Part shown: piece by piece, positions 30,623 to 39,546 of the stretch
How positions within the stretch are numbered: position 1 is the first letter of the stretch
Layout: the number at the start of each line of letters is the position of its first letter
Source of the DNA: Candidatus Eiseniibacteriota bacterium
GTDB lineage: Bacteria; Eisenbacteria; RBG-16-71-46
Reading direction: 5' to 3'
Assembly (NCBI GenBank): GCA_033853925.1
Contig: JAWOLC010000052.1
Coordinates: 20-64,019 of the forward strand
Length of the DNA: 64,000 bases
Translations under genes and position numbers: made by a program
Notes under the pieces: generated by a model
What the model saw: the letters and a program-made list of their open reading frames with translations, nothing else
What the model was told of the DNA's origin: nothing
Database searches by the model: none

Positions 30623-32092
30623 ATGGCACTCCAAGGGGCGGGGCGCACCCGACTCGCGCTCGGCGCGATCTTCGTGCTCGCGCTCCTGGTCCGCGCCGCC
30701 GTGGGCTACATGGCCCGGGGACACGGCGAGATGGAAGGCCTCGCGGACCGTTACCAGGAGGAGGCGTACGCGCTGGCCGCCGGATACGGCGCGGTGCGCC
30801 CGCTCGCGACCCGGCCTCCCGAGGTGAACCTGATCCGCCTCGCGGACAGCCTGGAAGCGCGGGGCGCCAAGCTCACGCCCCGGACGGCGCCGCCCATCCA
30901 TCGGGCCCTCTGGCGGCCCTCGACCATGCATCCGCCCGGGTACGCCGTCTTCCTCTTGGGGATCTATCGGCTGCTGGGCGAGCCGCTCATCCCCAAGGCC
31001 AAGGTCGTGCAGGTTCTGCTCGACGCCGCCTCCATCCTCCTCGTGTACTCCATCGGCAAACGCTTCGCCGGCCGCACGGTCGGGCTCCTGGCTGCCACGG
31101 CGGCGGCGCTGTCGGCGCCGGCGGCCTTCCTCGCCACCTCGAGGGTGGCCGACTCCCTGTGCCCCGCGCTCTACGTCCTCGTGTTCTGGCTGTCGGTGCG
31201 GGCCCTCGAAACCCGACGCGCGCTGTGGTTCGTCGCGGCGGGGGCCGCCTGCGGCATCATCTCCCTCATGCGCCCCGACTACCTGGTCTACCCGCCCTTC
31301 CTCTTCCTGGGCGCGCTTCTCTTCCTCCGGCAGCCGCTGGCGGCCATCAGGGGGACCGCCTTCTTCGCGGCGGCGATGTTCCTGGTGCTCCTCCCCTGGG
31401 GACTGCGCAATCAACGCGTCTTCGGGACGTTCACGGTGAGCTCCACCTGCGGGTGGGCGGGGCTCTACCAGACGATCGGACAGTTCAAGAATCCGTACGG
31501 AATCGTCTTCAGCGACGCCCTCATGGACGCGCTCGCCCGGGACGCCGGCTTCGACAGCTTCGACGATCCCGCGGCCAACAGCTACTTCAAGGGGAAGTTC
31601 CTGGCCATCGTCCGGGAGAATCCGGCCTTCCTGGCCGGCGAGGCGCTACGGCGCATCCCCATGGCCGTGGCCCCCATGTATCGCTGGGGCTACGTGAACG
31701 CGCACTACGAAGCGGGGCACGGCTTCTACGACTACCTGGCGCGCGAGGGGCTGAGCACGGGCCAGGCCGTGCGGCGTCACCCCCGAGAGCTGCTGCTCGC
31801 CTACTGGGACCGGCTGCTCTCCGGGGCGATCTCCCTCGGGCTCTTCGTGGCCAGCGTGGCGTTCCTCGTGGCCGAGCGGCGGCGCTGGCGGACGGCCGTG
31901 CTCCTGCTCCTGCCCTACGCCACGATCGTGCTGACGCACCTCGGCTACAACATGGGGGCCCGCTTCCTCGCGCCGGCGCTCTTCTGCCAGCTCGTGGTCG
32001 CGGCCTACTGGATCGTGCGCCTGTCCGGCTCGGAGCCCGTGACGCTCTGGGAGCCCGGTCGGCCTCCGTCCGTGGGCCCGGCGCGCGCCTAG
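30623..32092 (+). CDS. GT-C type integral-membrane glycosyltransferase (ArnT/PMT_2-like)
   Basis: 489 aa from MALQGAGRTRLALGAIFVLALL of ORF 30503..32092; GGAGAGGAAG SD; motif MHPPGYAVFLLG; at least 10 predicted transmembrane helices. Confidence 0.7.
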   Translation: MALQGAGRTRLALGAIFVLALLVRAAVGYMARGHGEMEGLADRYQEEAYALAAGYGAVRPLATRPPEVNLIRLADSLEARGAKLTPRTAPPIHRALWRPSTMHPPGYAVFLLGIYRLLGEPLIPKAKVVQVLLDAASILLVYSIGKRFAGRTVGLLAATAAALSAPAAFLATSRVADSLCPALYVLVFWLSVRALETRRALWFVAAGAACGIISLMRPDYLVYPPFLFLGALLFLRQPLAAIRGTAFFAAAMFLVLLPWGLRNQRVFGTFTVSSTCGWAGLYQTIGQFKNPYGIVFSDALMDALARDAGFDSFDDPAANSYFKGKFLAIVRENPAFLAGEALRRIPMAVAPMYRWGYVNAHYEAGHGFYDYLAREGLSTGQAVRRHPRELLLAYWDRLLSGAISLGLFVASVAFLVAERRRWRTAVLLLLPYATIVLTHLGYNMGARFLAPALFCQLVVAAYWIVRLSGSEPVTLWEPGRPPSVGPARA

Positions 32093-32341
32093 GAGGCACG
32101 AAGGCGTCGAGGCGTTCGGCCGCCAGGCGAAGCGCCGCGCTCTCCCTCGCGGCACACGCGGCTTGCCGCAGGGCCGGGGCTCGCGTAGCCTGACCGCCGC
32201 GCGTGGTCGTCCGCTCGCGTGGCCGTGCCGTCCGCCGGTTCCCGGCAGCGCGCCGTGCCGGCGGCTCCCGCGACGGAGAGCCAGAGGCGCCCCGCGAGCC
32301 TCCACCGCGCGGGTTCGAGATCACGTCGGGAGACCAGGCAG

Positions 32342-33529
32342 ATGACCAGAACAGGCGCCAATCCCGCGACGCACGGGCAGGATCGCTCGCTCCCGGCCGC
32401 TCTCCGGCTGGAGAGCCCGGCGTTCGTCACGCGACCCACGATGCCGGACCTGAAGGAGTACGCGCGGCTCCTGGAGGAGATCTGGGGCTCGCGGTGGCTC
32501 ACGAACCAGGGCCCCTTCCACCAGCGCCTCGAGCAGAGGCTGGGCGAGTACCTCGGCGAGGATCACGTCAGCCTGTTCTGCAACGGCACGATCGCTCTCC
32601 TGGTGGCCCTGCAAGCCCTGCGGATCAACGGCGGACAGGTCATCACGACGCCCTTCACCTTCCCCGCCACGACGCACGTGCTCTTCTGGAACCGGATCGA
32701 GCCGGTCTTCTGCGACATCGATCCCGACACCATGAACATCGACCCGCGGCAGATCGACGGGCTCATCGGCCCCGACACGCGGGCGATCCTGCCGGTGCAC
32801 GTCTTCGGCCAGCCCTGCGACACGGAGGCCATCCAGGAGATCGCCACCCGCCACGGCTTGCACGTGATCTACGACGCGGCGCACGCCTTCGGGGTGCGCT
32901 GGAAGGATCGCTCCATCACCGCGCAAGGCGACATCTCGATGCTGAGCTTCCACGCCACGAAGCTGTACTCGAGCATGGAGGGCGGGGCGTTGGCCTGTCG
33001 CTCCGCCGAGGTGAAGCGGCGCATCGACTCCCTCAAGAACTTCGGCATCGCCGACGAGGAGACGGTGATCGCCCCGGGGATCAACGGCAAGATGATCGAG
33101 GCCTGCGCGGCCTTCGGCCTCCTGCACTTGAACATGGTGGACGAGGAGATCCGGCGGCGGCGCGCGGTCGCCGCGAGATACACCGAGCGCCTCACGGGCC
33201 TGCCCGGCCTCAACCTGCTTCCCGCGCGCGCCGGCGTGGTCGAGAACTACTCCTATTACCCGATCCGCATCCGGGCGAGCGAGTTCGGCGCCTCGCGCGA
33301 CGAGCTGCACCGGTATCTGCGGGCGGGGAACGTCGTGTCGAGGAAGTACTTCTACCCGCCGGCGAACCGCTATCCCTGCTACGCGAAGCTGCCCAGCGCG
33401 GCGCCCGCCTCTCTGCCCGTCTCGGAGAGGGTGGCGCAGGAGATCCTCTGCCTCCCCATCTACGGCGAGCTGAGCCTCCAGGCCGTGGACGGGGTGTGCG
33501 ACATCATCGACTGGGTCAGGAGGAGCTGA
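32342..33529 (+). CDS. DegT/DnrJ/EryC1 sugar aminotransferase, ArnB-like (UDP-4-keto-sugar aminotransferase)
   Basis: ORF 32219..33529; LSFHATKLYSSMEGG (PLP lysine) and GSRWLTNQGP correspond to ArnB motifs; start 32342 after a GGGAGA SD (alternative 32441). Confidence 0.85.
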   Translation: MTRTGANPATHGQDRSLPAALRLESPAFVTRPTMPDLKEYARLLEEIWGSRWLTNQGPFHQRLEQRLGEYLGEDHVSLFCNGTIALLVALQALRINGGQVITTPFTFPATTHVLFWNRIEPVFCDIDPDTMNIDPRQIDGLIGPDTRAILPVHVFGQPCDTEAIQEIATRHGLHVIYDAAHAFGVRWKDRSITAQGDISMLSFHATKLYSSMEGGALACRSAEVKRRIDSLKNFGIADEETVIAPGINGKMIEACAAFGLLHLNMVDEEIRRRRAVAARYTERLTGLPGLNLLPARAGVVENYSYYPIRIRASEFGASRDELHRYLRAGNVVSRKYFYPPANRYPCYAKLPSAAPASLPVSERVAQEILCLPIYGELSLQAVDGVCDIIDWVRRS

Positions 33530-34506
33530 TGCCGGGCACGCCGTCGCCGGCGAAGCCGGTCGAGCTGTCGGCGGTGATCACCTGCTACTACGAGGAGCGG
33601 ACGATCGCCGAGTTCCACGAGCGGCTCGTCGCCGCGCTGCGCGACCTGGGGGCGACGTTCGAGATCGTGTACGTGAACGACGGCAGCCAGGACGCCACCT
33701 TCCGCTGCCTGGCCGAGATCTTCGCCCGGGACCCGGAGGTGGCCTGCGTGCTGGATCTCTTCGCCAACTCGGGCCAGCTCGCCGCCATCACCGCCGGCCT
33801 CCAGGAAGCCAGCGGGCGGGTGATCCTGAGCATGGACAGCGACCTGCAGCTCGATCCCGCGGAGATCCGCAACCTCTGGGGCAAGTACCGGGAGGGCTTC
33901 GACGTCGTCAGCGGCTTCCGCGAGAAGCGCGCCGACTCGCGGCTGCGCACCGTCCCCTCGAAGATCGCCAACGTCATCATGCGGCGGGCCAGCCACTCGC
34001 GGCTGAGCGACTTCGGCTGCACGTTCAAGCTCTACAACGGCGACCTGGTCCGCGCCTTCGGCTTCGGCCCCCACCGCCCGTTCAATCCGGTCCGCGTGGT
34101 GAGCCACGCCGGCCGCTGCGTCGAGATCCGGGTCACGCATCGGCCCCGGCAAGTCGGCAAGTCGGGCTGGACGTTCCGCAAGCTCTGGAACTACCAGATG
34201 GAGCACGTCGTGCGCCTGAGCGAGAAGCCCTTCCAGTTCCTCTCCGCGGCCTGCATGCTCCTCGCGGCGCTCATCGTCGTGCGCCTGATCCTGGCCTGGT
34301 TCGTCGACTTCCACTTCGTGAGCCAGGTGACGAACGGCCTCCTGCTGAACGTGCAGGTGGCGAGCACCCTCGTCGTCCTCTTCGTCCTGGCCGTGATGGG
34401 CGAGTTCGTGATCCGGGTGTTCATCTCGACTCAGGCCGAGCCCCGCTACATCGTGCGCACGAGGCTCCGCAAGCCCGCCGCGGAGGGCAGCGATGGAGCG
34501 CGCTGA
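33529..34506 (+). CDS. ArnC-like undecaprenyl-phosphate aminosugar transferase (GT2 with two C-terminal TM helices)
   Basis: In-frame part of ORF 32203..34506 from MPGTPSP (AGGAGG SD); VITCYYEE, DSD and DxxRxxxVxxHxxR-like regions; C-terminal hydrophobic helices; 1-nt TGATG overlap. Confidence 0.85.
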   Translation: MPGTPSPAKPVELSAVITCYYEERTIAEFHERLVAALRDLGATFEIVYVNDGSQDATFRCLAEIFARDPEVACVLDLFANSGQLAAITAGLQEASGRVILSMDSDLQLDPAEIRNLWGKYREGFDVVSGFREKRADSRLRTVPSKIANVIMRRASHSRLSDFGCTFKLYNGDLVRAFGFGPHRPFNPVRVVSHAGRCVEIRVTHRPRQVGKSGWTFRKLWNYQMEHVVRLSEKPFQFLSAACMLLAALIVVRLILAWFVDFHFVSQVTNGLLLNVQVASTLVVLFVLAVMGEFVIRVFISTQAEPRYIVRTRLRKPAAEGSDGAR

Positions 34507-35152
34507 GCGGCCGACGGGCGTCGCCATCCTGGGCGCCGGGGGGATGGGCCGCGAGGTGTACTGGTACCTCGCCACCGCGGGCGTCGGCCCCCTGGTCTTC
34601 GTGGACGACGTGAGCGGCATCCGCACCGTGCGCATGGGCGCGGTCGACGTCCCGGTCGTCGCGGACTGGACCTTCTCGGCGCGCGAAGGCCGCCCGGCGG
34701 TCGCACGCTTCGTGGTCGGCCTGGGCGACCCGCGGGGGAAGAGGCGGATGGTGGAGCGAGCCCTGGGCGCCGGCCTCCAGCCGATCCCGACGATCGTCCA
34801 TCCGCGCGCGTGTCTCGCCGCGGGTGACGCGGTCCTGGGCCTGGGCGGCGTCCTCTGCCCGGGCGTGGTCGTCAGCACGAACGTGCGCATCGGGGACTAC
34901 GTCATCTGCAACTGGAACGCCTCGATCGGGCACGACGCCGTGATCGGCGACTTCGCCACGGTCAACCCGGGGGTCTGCGTCTCGGGAAACGTGCACGTCG
35001 CCGAGGACGTCCTCCTCGGGGCCGGCGCGGTCGTGCGCGAGCGCATCCGCATCGCGCCGGGCGTCGTGGTGGGCGCGGCCGCCTGCGTCGTCAAGGACAT
35101 CGCCGAGCCCGGCTGCGTGGTCGTGGGCGTGCCGGCCAAGAAGCTGACCTGA
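34493..35152 (+). CDS. PglD/NeuD-like sugar N-acetyltransferase (hexapeptide left-handed beta-helix)
   Basis: ORF 34493..35152; N-terminal GAGGMGREV Rossmann-like domain plus hexapeptide repeats. Confidence 0.8.
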   Translation: MERAERPTGVAILGAGGMGREVYWYLATAGVGPLVFVDDVSGIRTVRMGAVDVPVVADWTFSAREGRPAVARFVVGLGDPRGKRRMVERALGAGLQPIPTIVHPRACLAAGDAVLGLGGVLCPGVVVSTNVRIGDYVICNWNASIGHDAVIGDFATVNPGVCVSGNVHVAEDVLLGAGAVVRERIRIAPGVVVGAAACVVKDIAEPGCVVVGVPAKKLT

Positions 35153-35309
35153 GCCGCGGCGCGCCGCCCGCGGGCTCGCCGGCGACCTCGGCCGCGGCAC
35201 CGGCGCCGAGGCCTCTGCGGCGCCGGCTCCGTCCGGCCCGCGCGCCTTGCCGCTTCCGGCGGGCGGTTGCTACACTGGTGTCCGCGCGATTGCGCCTCCC
35301 TGCCGGCCG

Positions 35310-35400
35310 GTCGTGGGCCGGAACCCGTGGCCGGCGACGCCTCGGGGCCGATGGGACCGCAGCGCCCAGGGTGGCCGAAGGGGTGGGTGTGGCCGATAAC
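35310..35400. repeat. Four copies of GTGGCCG(R) in two closely spaced pairs within the 450-nt leader upstream of the Wzy-like gene
   Basis: Read in sequence: GTCGTGGGCCGG, CCGTGGCCGGCG, GGTGGCCGAAG, TGTGGCCGATAA. Confidence 0.35.
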
Positions 35401-35603
35401 CGTCTTTCGAGGGGCGCGGTCGGGCTCGCCGCTCCTCCGGGAGTCCGCGCGCGGCCGCAGGAGCCGGCGAGGCGGGGCGCTCGCGGGCTCGTGGCGATCC
35501 CGGCCGCCACCGGACCCCATCATCGGGAGGGCACACCCCGGGTCATGGACGCGCCGCTCACCTCAGGACGGCCACGGATTCGACGCTTGCGCCGCGGCCA
35601 CGC

Positions 35604-37052
35604 ATGAGCCTCGCGCCACGCACACTTCGGGCGCCGCGCCCGCTGCTCGGACTGCTGAACCGCCTCGGCGCGGTCCTGCTGGTCGTGATCACCGGCGCGG
35701 TGCTCGGCCTGCAGTACATCGTGCCGAACAAGCGAGTCCTCGCCGTCCTGGCCGCCACCGTGCTGTTCGGCGTGGCCTGGCGCGTGGACATGGTGTCGGG
35801 CCTGGGCGTGTTGTCGCTCGCCCTGCCCTTCCCCCGCAACACCGTGTTCGGCAACACCAACCTCGCCTTCATCCTGCTCCTGCTCGTGCTCTGGCTGCTG
35901 CGCGTCTCCCAGAGGCAGCTCCCCCTGCCGCAGCGCACGCCCGCCGACGCGCCGATGGTCGCGATCTTCATCGCCTACGTGGTGTCCTTCTACAACGTCA
36001 CCTCGAGGGAGGCTCTCGGGCTGGGCCTCCTGCGGTTCGAGATCGTCGCCGCGACCATGTTCATGTTCGTCCTGATCACCAGGAACATCCGCTCGGAGTC
36101 GGACTTCCGGCGCCTGCTGGCGTTCCAGGCCGTCACCGTGCTGACCGTCTGCCTCCTCGCGCTCTTCGAGCTGGCCCACCCGGGCGGCACGGTCGTCCCC
36201 GGCTGGATCGGCTTCTCCGGAACCGAGAACCCCGAGATCAACCTCCACACGCTCCGCGTGGGCTCGGCCTTCTTCGACTACGAGCTGCTCGCCGAGTTCT
36301 GCGCCCTCTTCGGCCTGGTCGTGGTGTTCCTCATGATCCGCGCGGAGAACGTCAGCCTGCGGGTGATGTACGGGGGCCTCCTCCTGCTCGACGTGTTCGT
36401 GCTCTTCGCCGCGGTCACCCGGGGCGCGTTCCTCGCGCTCGCCGGGGGCCTCGCCTACTTCCTGTTCCTCGTCCGGCGGCGGCTGCGCTTCGTGCCGCTG
36501 GTGCTGGCGTCGGCCGGCATCGTGGCGCTCTTCCTGGCCATGGACTTCTACGTGAGCAACTACACGCGGTCGGGGAGCGTGGTGGGCCGGTTCACCACGG
36601 GCCCGCAGTTCAAGGGCATCGTCCCCGCGGACCGGGGCGAGACGTGGACCCTGGCCTTCACGCGCATGCTCGAGCATCCCTGGATCGGCCACGGTCCCTA
36701 CTACTCGATCATGACCGGCACGAACGTCTGGACCTGGCCCCACTGCGTCTATCTGCTGATCGCGAACAACGTGGGCCTGCTCGGTCTCGCCATGTACCTG
36801 TGGCTGTTCTGGACCCTGTTCAGGCTCTCCAAGCCGCCCACGGACGATCTGCGCCGGGGCCCCATCGCCGAGAGCTATCTGATCATCGCCCGCGTCCAGA
36901 TGGTGGTGTTCCTGGTGGACGAGATCAAGATCGACTACCTGCGCAACTCCACGTATCAGTTCCAGGTCTGGATGATGTTCGCCCTGCTCATGTCCGCCCG
37001 GCAGCTCACCCACTCCCTGCGGCCCACCAACGGTCAGTCCGTGACTCGGTAG
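35604..37052 (+). CDS. O-antigen ligase / Wzy-type polymerase family membrane protein (Wzy_C domain)
   Basis: ORF 35604..37052; 10-12 transmembrane helices; RGAFLALAGGLAYFL and HPWIGHGP typical of Wzy_C. Confidence 0.75.
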   Translation: MSLAPRTLRAPRPLLGLLNRLGAVLLVVITGAVLGLQYIVPNKRVLAVLAATVLFGVAWRVDMVSGLGVLSLALPFPRNTVFGNTNLAFILLLLVLWLLRVSQRQLPLPQRTPADAPMVAIFIAYVVSFYNVTSREALGLGLLRFEIVAATMFMFVLITRNIRSESDFRRLLAFQAVTVLTVCLLALFELAHPGGTVVPGWIGFSGTENPEINLHTLRVGSAFFDYELLAEFCALFGLVVVFLMIRAENVSLRVMYGGLLLLDVFVLFAAVTRGAFLALAGGLAYFLFLVRRRLRFVPLVLASAGIVALFLAMDFYVSNYTRSGSVVGRFTTGPQFKGIVPADRGETWTLAFTRMLEHPWIGHGPYYSIMTGTNVWTWPHCVYLLIANNVGLLGLAMYLWLFWTLFRLSKPPTDDLRRGPIAESYLIIARVQMVVFLVDEIKIDYLRNSTYQFQVWMMFALLMSARQLTHSLRPTNGQSVTR

Positions 37053-37723
37053 CGGAGCAGGGTGAAGAACGCCTCGAACGCGTCACGCCACCCGATCTTC
37101 TTGCCCTGGGCGCGAGTGCGGTAGTGGAAGTGGATGGGCACCTCGAGGATGCGCTCCCCCCGGCGGGCCACGCGCGCGGTCACCTCGGGGCAGAACTCGA
37201 AGCGCTCGCAGCGCAGGGGGAGAGACTTGAGGAGGTCGGCGCGGAAGGCCTTGTAGCCGGTGGCTTCGTCGGTGAGCCGCAACCCGTACAGCGCGTTCGC
37301 CACGAAGTTCAGGACGAGCACGCCCAGCTTGTAGTGGGTGAACGGCAGGTCGTTGCGCGGGTCCAGGTAGCGGGAGCCGTAGACCACCTTGGCCTCCCCG
37401 AGCGCGATGGGCTCCACGAGCCGCGGATAGTCCTCCGGGTCGTATTCGAGGTCGGCGTCCTGGACGATGACGATGTCGCCCTTCGCCTCGGCCAGCGCGC
37501 TGCGGATCGCCGCGCCCTTGCCCCGGTTCCTGGCATGGACGAGGAGGCGGATCGGCAGCCTCGCGGCGAGCCGGGCCAGCAGCTCGCGCGTCCCGTCGGT
37601 GGAGCCGTCGTCCACGACGATGATCTCCTTGTCCAGCGGCACGGCCACCACGCGCTCCAGGAGCCGCTCCACCGTGGAGCGCTCGTTGTAGGCCGGCACG
37701 AGGATCGAGAGCAGCGGGGCCAG
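37034..37723 (-). CDS. Glycosyltransferase family 2 (DPM1-like), probable CTG start
   Basis: ORF 37034..37699 begins at GTG inside the conserved LSILVPAYNE strand; an AAGGAG SD lies 7 nt upstream of an in-frame CTG at 37723, giving (M)APLLSILVPAYNE. Confidence 0.7.
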   Translation of the reverse strand: MAPLLSILVPAYNERSTVERLLERVVAVPLDKEIIVVDDGSTDGTRELLARLAARLPIRLLVHARNRGKGAAIRSALAEAKGDIVIVQDADLEYDPEDYPRLVEPIALGEAKVVYGSRYLDPRNDLPFTHYKLGVLVLNFVANALYGLRLTDEATGYKAFRADLLKSLPLRCERFEFCPEVTARVARRGERILEVPIHFHYRTRAQGKKIGWRDAFEAFFTLLRYRVTD

Positions 37724-37839
37724 GCGGGCGCTCCTTGTGGGGGACGGGCGGCGAGGGCTCCGAGTGGGAGATGCGAGCGCCGGATTCTAGCAGAGCGCCG
37801 CGAGGGGGAGGCAGCGCCACGGGGGCCCCTGTTGCACCG

Positions 37840-37848
37840 TGCTATAGT
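37840..37848 (+). promoter_or_regulatory. Extended -10 promoter element TGcTATAGT about 140 nt upstream of the FemAB-like gene
   Basis: TG one nt upstream of TATAGT, read in the divergent intergenic region 37724-37991. Confidence 0.45.
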
Positions 37849-37991
37849 GTCGTCGCCATGAGTGCTCCAGGCATGGCCGCAGGGCCGTCGCCGATCTCAC
37901 GGGGGCGCCGCTCGTCTCCGACCACCGCCCCCCGCCCGGCGCCCCCTCTTCCGCCCACGACCGGGTCCCCCTTCTCGAGAGGCCTCGACCG

Positions 37992-39008
37992 CTGAGAATT
38001 CGCCCGTTCATCGCCGCTGACCGCGAGCCCTGGGACGCGTACGTGCACGCCCGGGCCGACTCGCACTTCGGCCAGCTCACGGCATGGAGGGAGCTGATCG
38101 TCGAGACCTACGGCTGCCGGCCCCACTACTGGCTGGCCGAGGACGGGGACCGGATCCGGGGCGTTCTGCCGCTCTTCGAGCGGCGCGGCCGGGAGCCGGC
38201 GCTCTTCTCGGCCCCCGGAGGGCTGCTCGCGGATGACGAGGCGAGCGCGGCCGCGCTCCTCGAGCCGGCCCGCGAGGCGCTCGCCCGGGGGAAGCTGGAG
38301 TACATCGAGCTGCGTGACCAGCGCCGGGCCTGGCCGGGCCTCGAGACGAGCCAGGAGCACGTCACGATGGTGCTGGAGCTGGCGGGCGACGCCGAGGCGC
38401 AATGGCGCGCCCTGGACGGCAAGCTGCGGAACCAGATCCGCAAGTCGGAGAAGGCGGGATTCGAGGCGCGCTGGGGTCGAGAGCTGGCGCCGCTCTTCCA
38501 CGCGGTCCTGCTCGAGAACCTGCGCGATCTGGGCACGCCCGTGCGCGATCTTCCCTACTTTCGCCGGGCGCTGGAGGTCCTGGGACCGGCGGCCGACGTG
38601 CTGGTCCTGCTCCATCGCGGCGAGCCGGCCGGCGCGATGTTCGCCGTGGCGCACGGCGAGACCATGTCCGACCCGTGGGCCTCCTCCCTGCGCCGCTATT
38701 TCGCCCTCTGCCCGAACCAGATGCTCTACTGGCTGGGGCTGCAGCGCACCCTGGCCCTGGGCCTGCGCCGCTTCGATTTCGGCCGCAGCCAGTGGCACTC
38801 GAGCACCTATCGCTTCAAGGAGCAATGGGGGGCCGTGCCCGTGCCGCTCTTCTATCAGTACGCCCTGGGCCGCGCGCGTCGCCTCCCCACCCTCGAGCGG
38901 CAGAAGGCCGGCTACGCTCTGGCGGTGACCCTGTGGCGCCGGCTACCCTTGCCGATCGCCCGCCCGCTCGGCGAGCGGGTCAAGCGACTGTTCCCGGAGG
39001 TCCTGTGA
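37992..39008 (+). CDS. FemAB-like / BioF2-like acyltransferase (PEP-CTERM-locus type), probable CTG start
   Basis: ORF 38043..39008 (GTG) lacks the family N-terminus; an in-frame CTG at 37992 gives (M)RIRPFIAADREPWDAYV, which matches the family start, with a GAGAGG SD 9 nt upstream. Confidence 0.7.
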   Translation: MRIRPFIAADREPWDAYVHARADSHFGQLTAWRELIVETYGCRPHYWLAEDGDRIRGVLPLFERRGREPALFSAPGGLLADDEASAAALLEPAREALARGKLEYIELRDQRRAWPGLETSQEHVTMVLELAGDAEAQWRALDGKLRNQIRKSEKAGFEARWGRELAPLFHAVLLENLRDLGTPVRDLPYFRRALEVLGPAADVLVLLHRGEPAGAMFAVAHGETMSDPWASSLRRYFALCPNQMLYWLGLQRTLALGLRRFDFGRSQWHSSTYRFKEQWGAVPVPLFYQYALGRARRLPTLERQKAGYALAVTLWRRLPLPIARPLGERVKRLFPEVL

Positions 39009-39045
39009 CGCCGGCCCGCGGCCGGGCGGGCGAAGGAGAGCGGCC

Positions 39046-39546
39046 TTGAAGATCAGCGCACGTGTTCCCCGCCGGCAGTACGAGCGCGAGATCGCCCCCC
39101 GCAGCCTGCTGCGCACGCTCTGGCAGAAGTCCCTCCACATCCTGGCGCGCTTCTGCATCCCGCCCGGCCCGCGGCTCTGGCTCTATCGCGGCATGGGGAT
39201 CGCGATCGGCCGCCACGTCTTCGTGGGGCTCGACACCTGGCTCGACGACCAGTTCCCCGAGCTGATCCGCATCGAGGACGAGGTCACGATCTCCTTCCGC
39301 GTCATGGTCGTCGTGCACGACGACGCCCGGCGCATGGACCGGACGGCCCCGGGAGCGGGAGACGGCACGGTGGCGCCGGTGGTGCTGGAGCGGGGCTGCT
39401 ATCTCGGCGCCGGCTGCATCATCCTCCCCGGCGTCACCGTGGGGCGCGGGGCCGTGGTCGGCGCGGGAGCCGTCGTGACCCGGGACGTGCCCCCCGGCAA
39501 GCTGGCGGTTGGCGTGCCGGCCCGTGTCCTCAAGGACGTGGGTTGA
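39046..39546 (+). CDS. Hexapeptide-repeat acetyltransferase (WcaF/WbbJ-like), TTG start
   Basis: ORF 39046..39546; AAGGAG SD about 9 nt before TTG; hexapeptide repeats in the C-terminal half. Confidence 0.75.
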   Translation: MKISARVPRRQYEREIAPRSLLRTLWQKSLHILARFCIPPGPRLWLYRGMGIAIGRHVFVGLDTWLDDQFPELIRIEDEVTISFRVMVVVHDDARRMDRTAPGAGDGTVAPVVLERGCYLGAGCIILPGVTVGRGAVVGAGAVVTRDVPPGKLAVGVPARVLKDVG

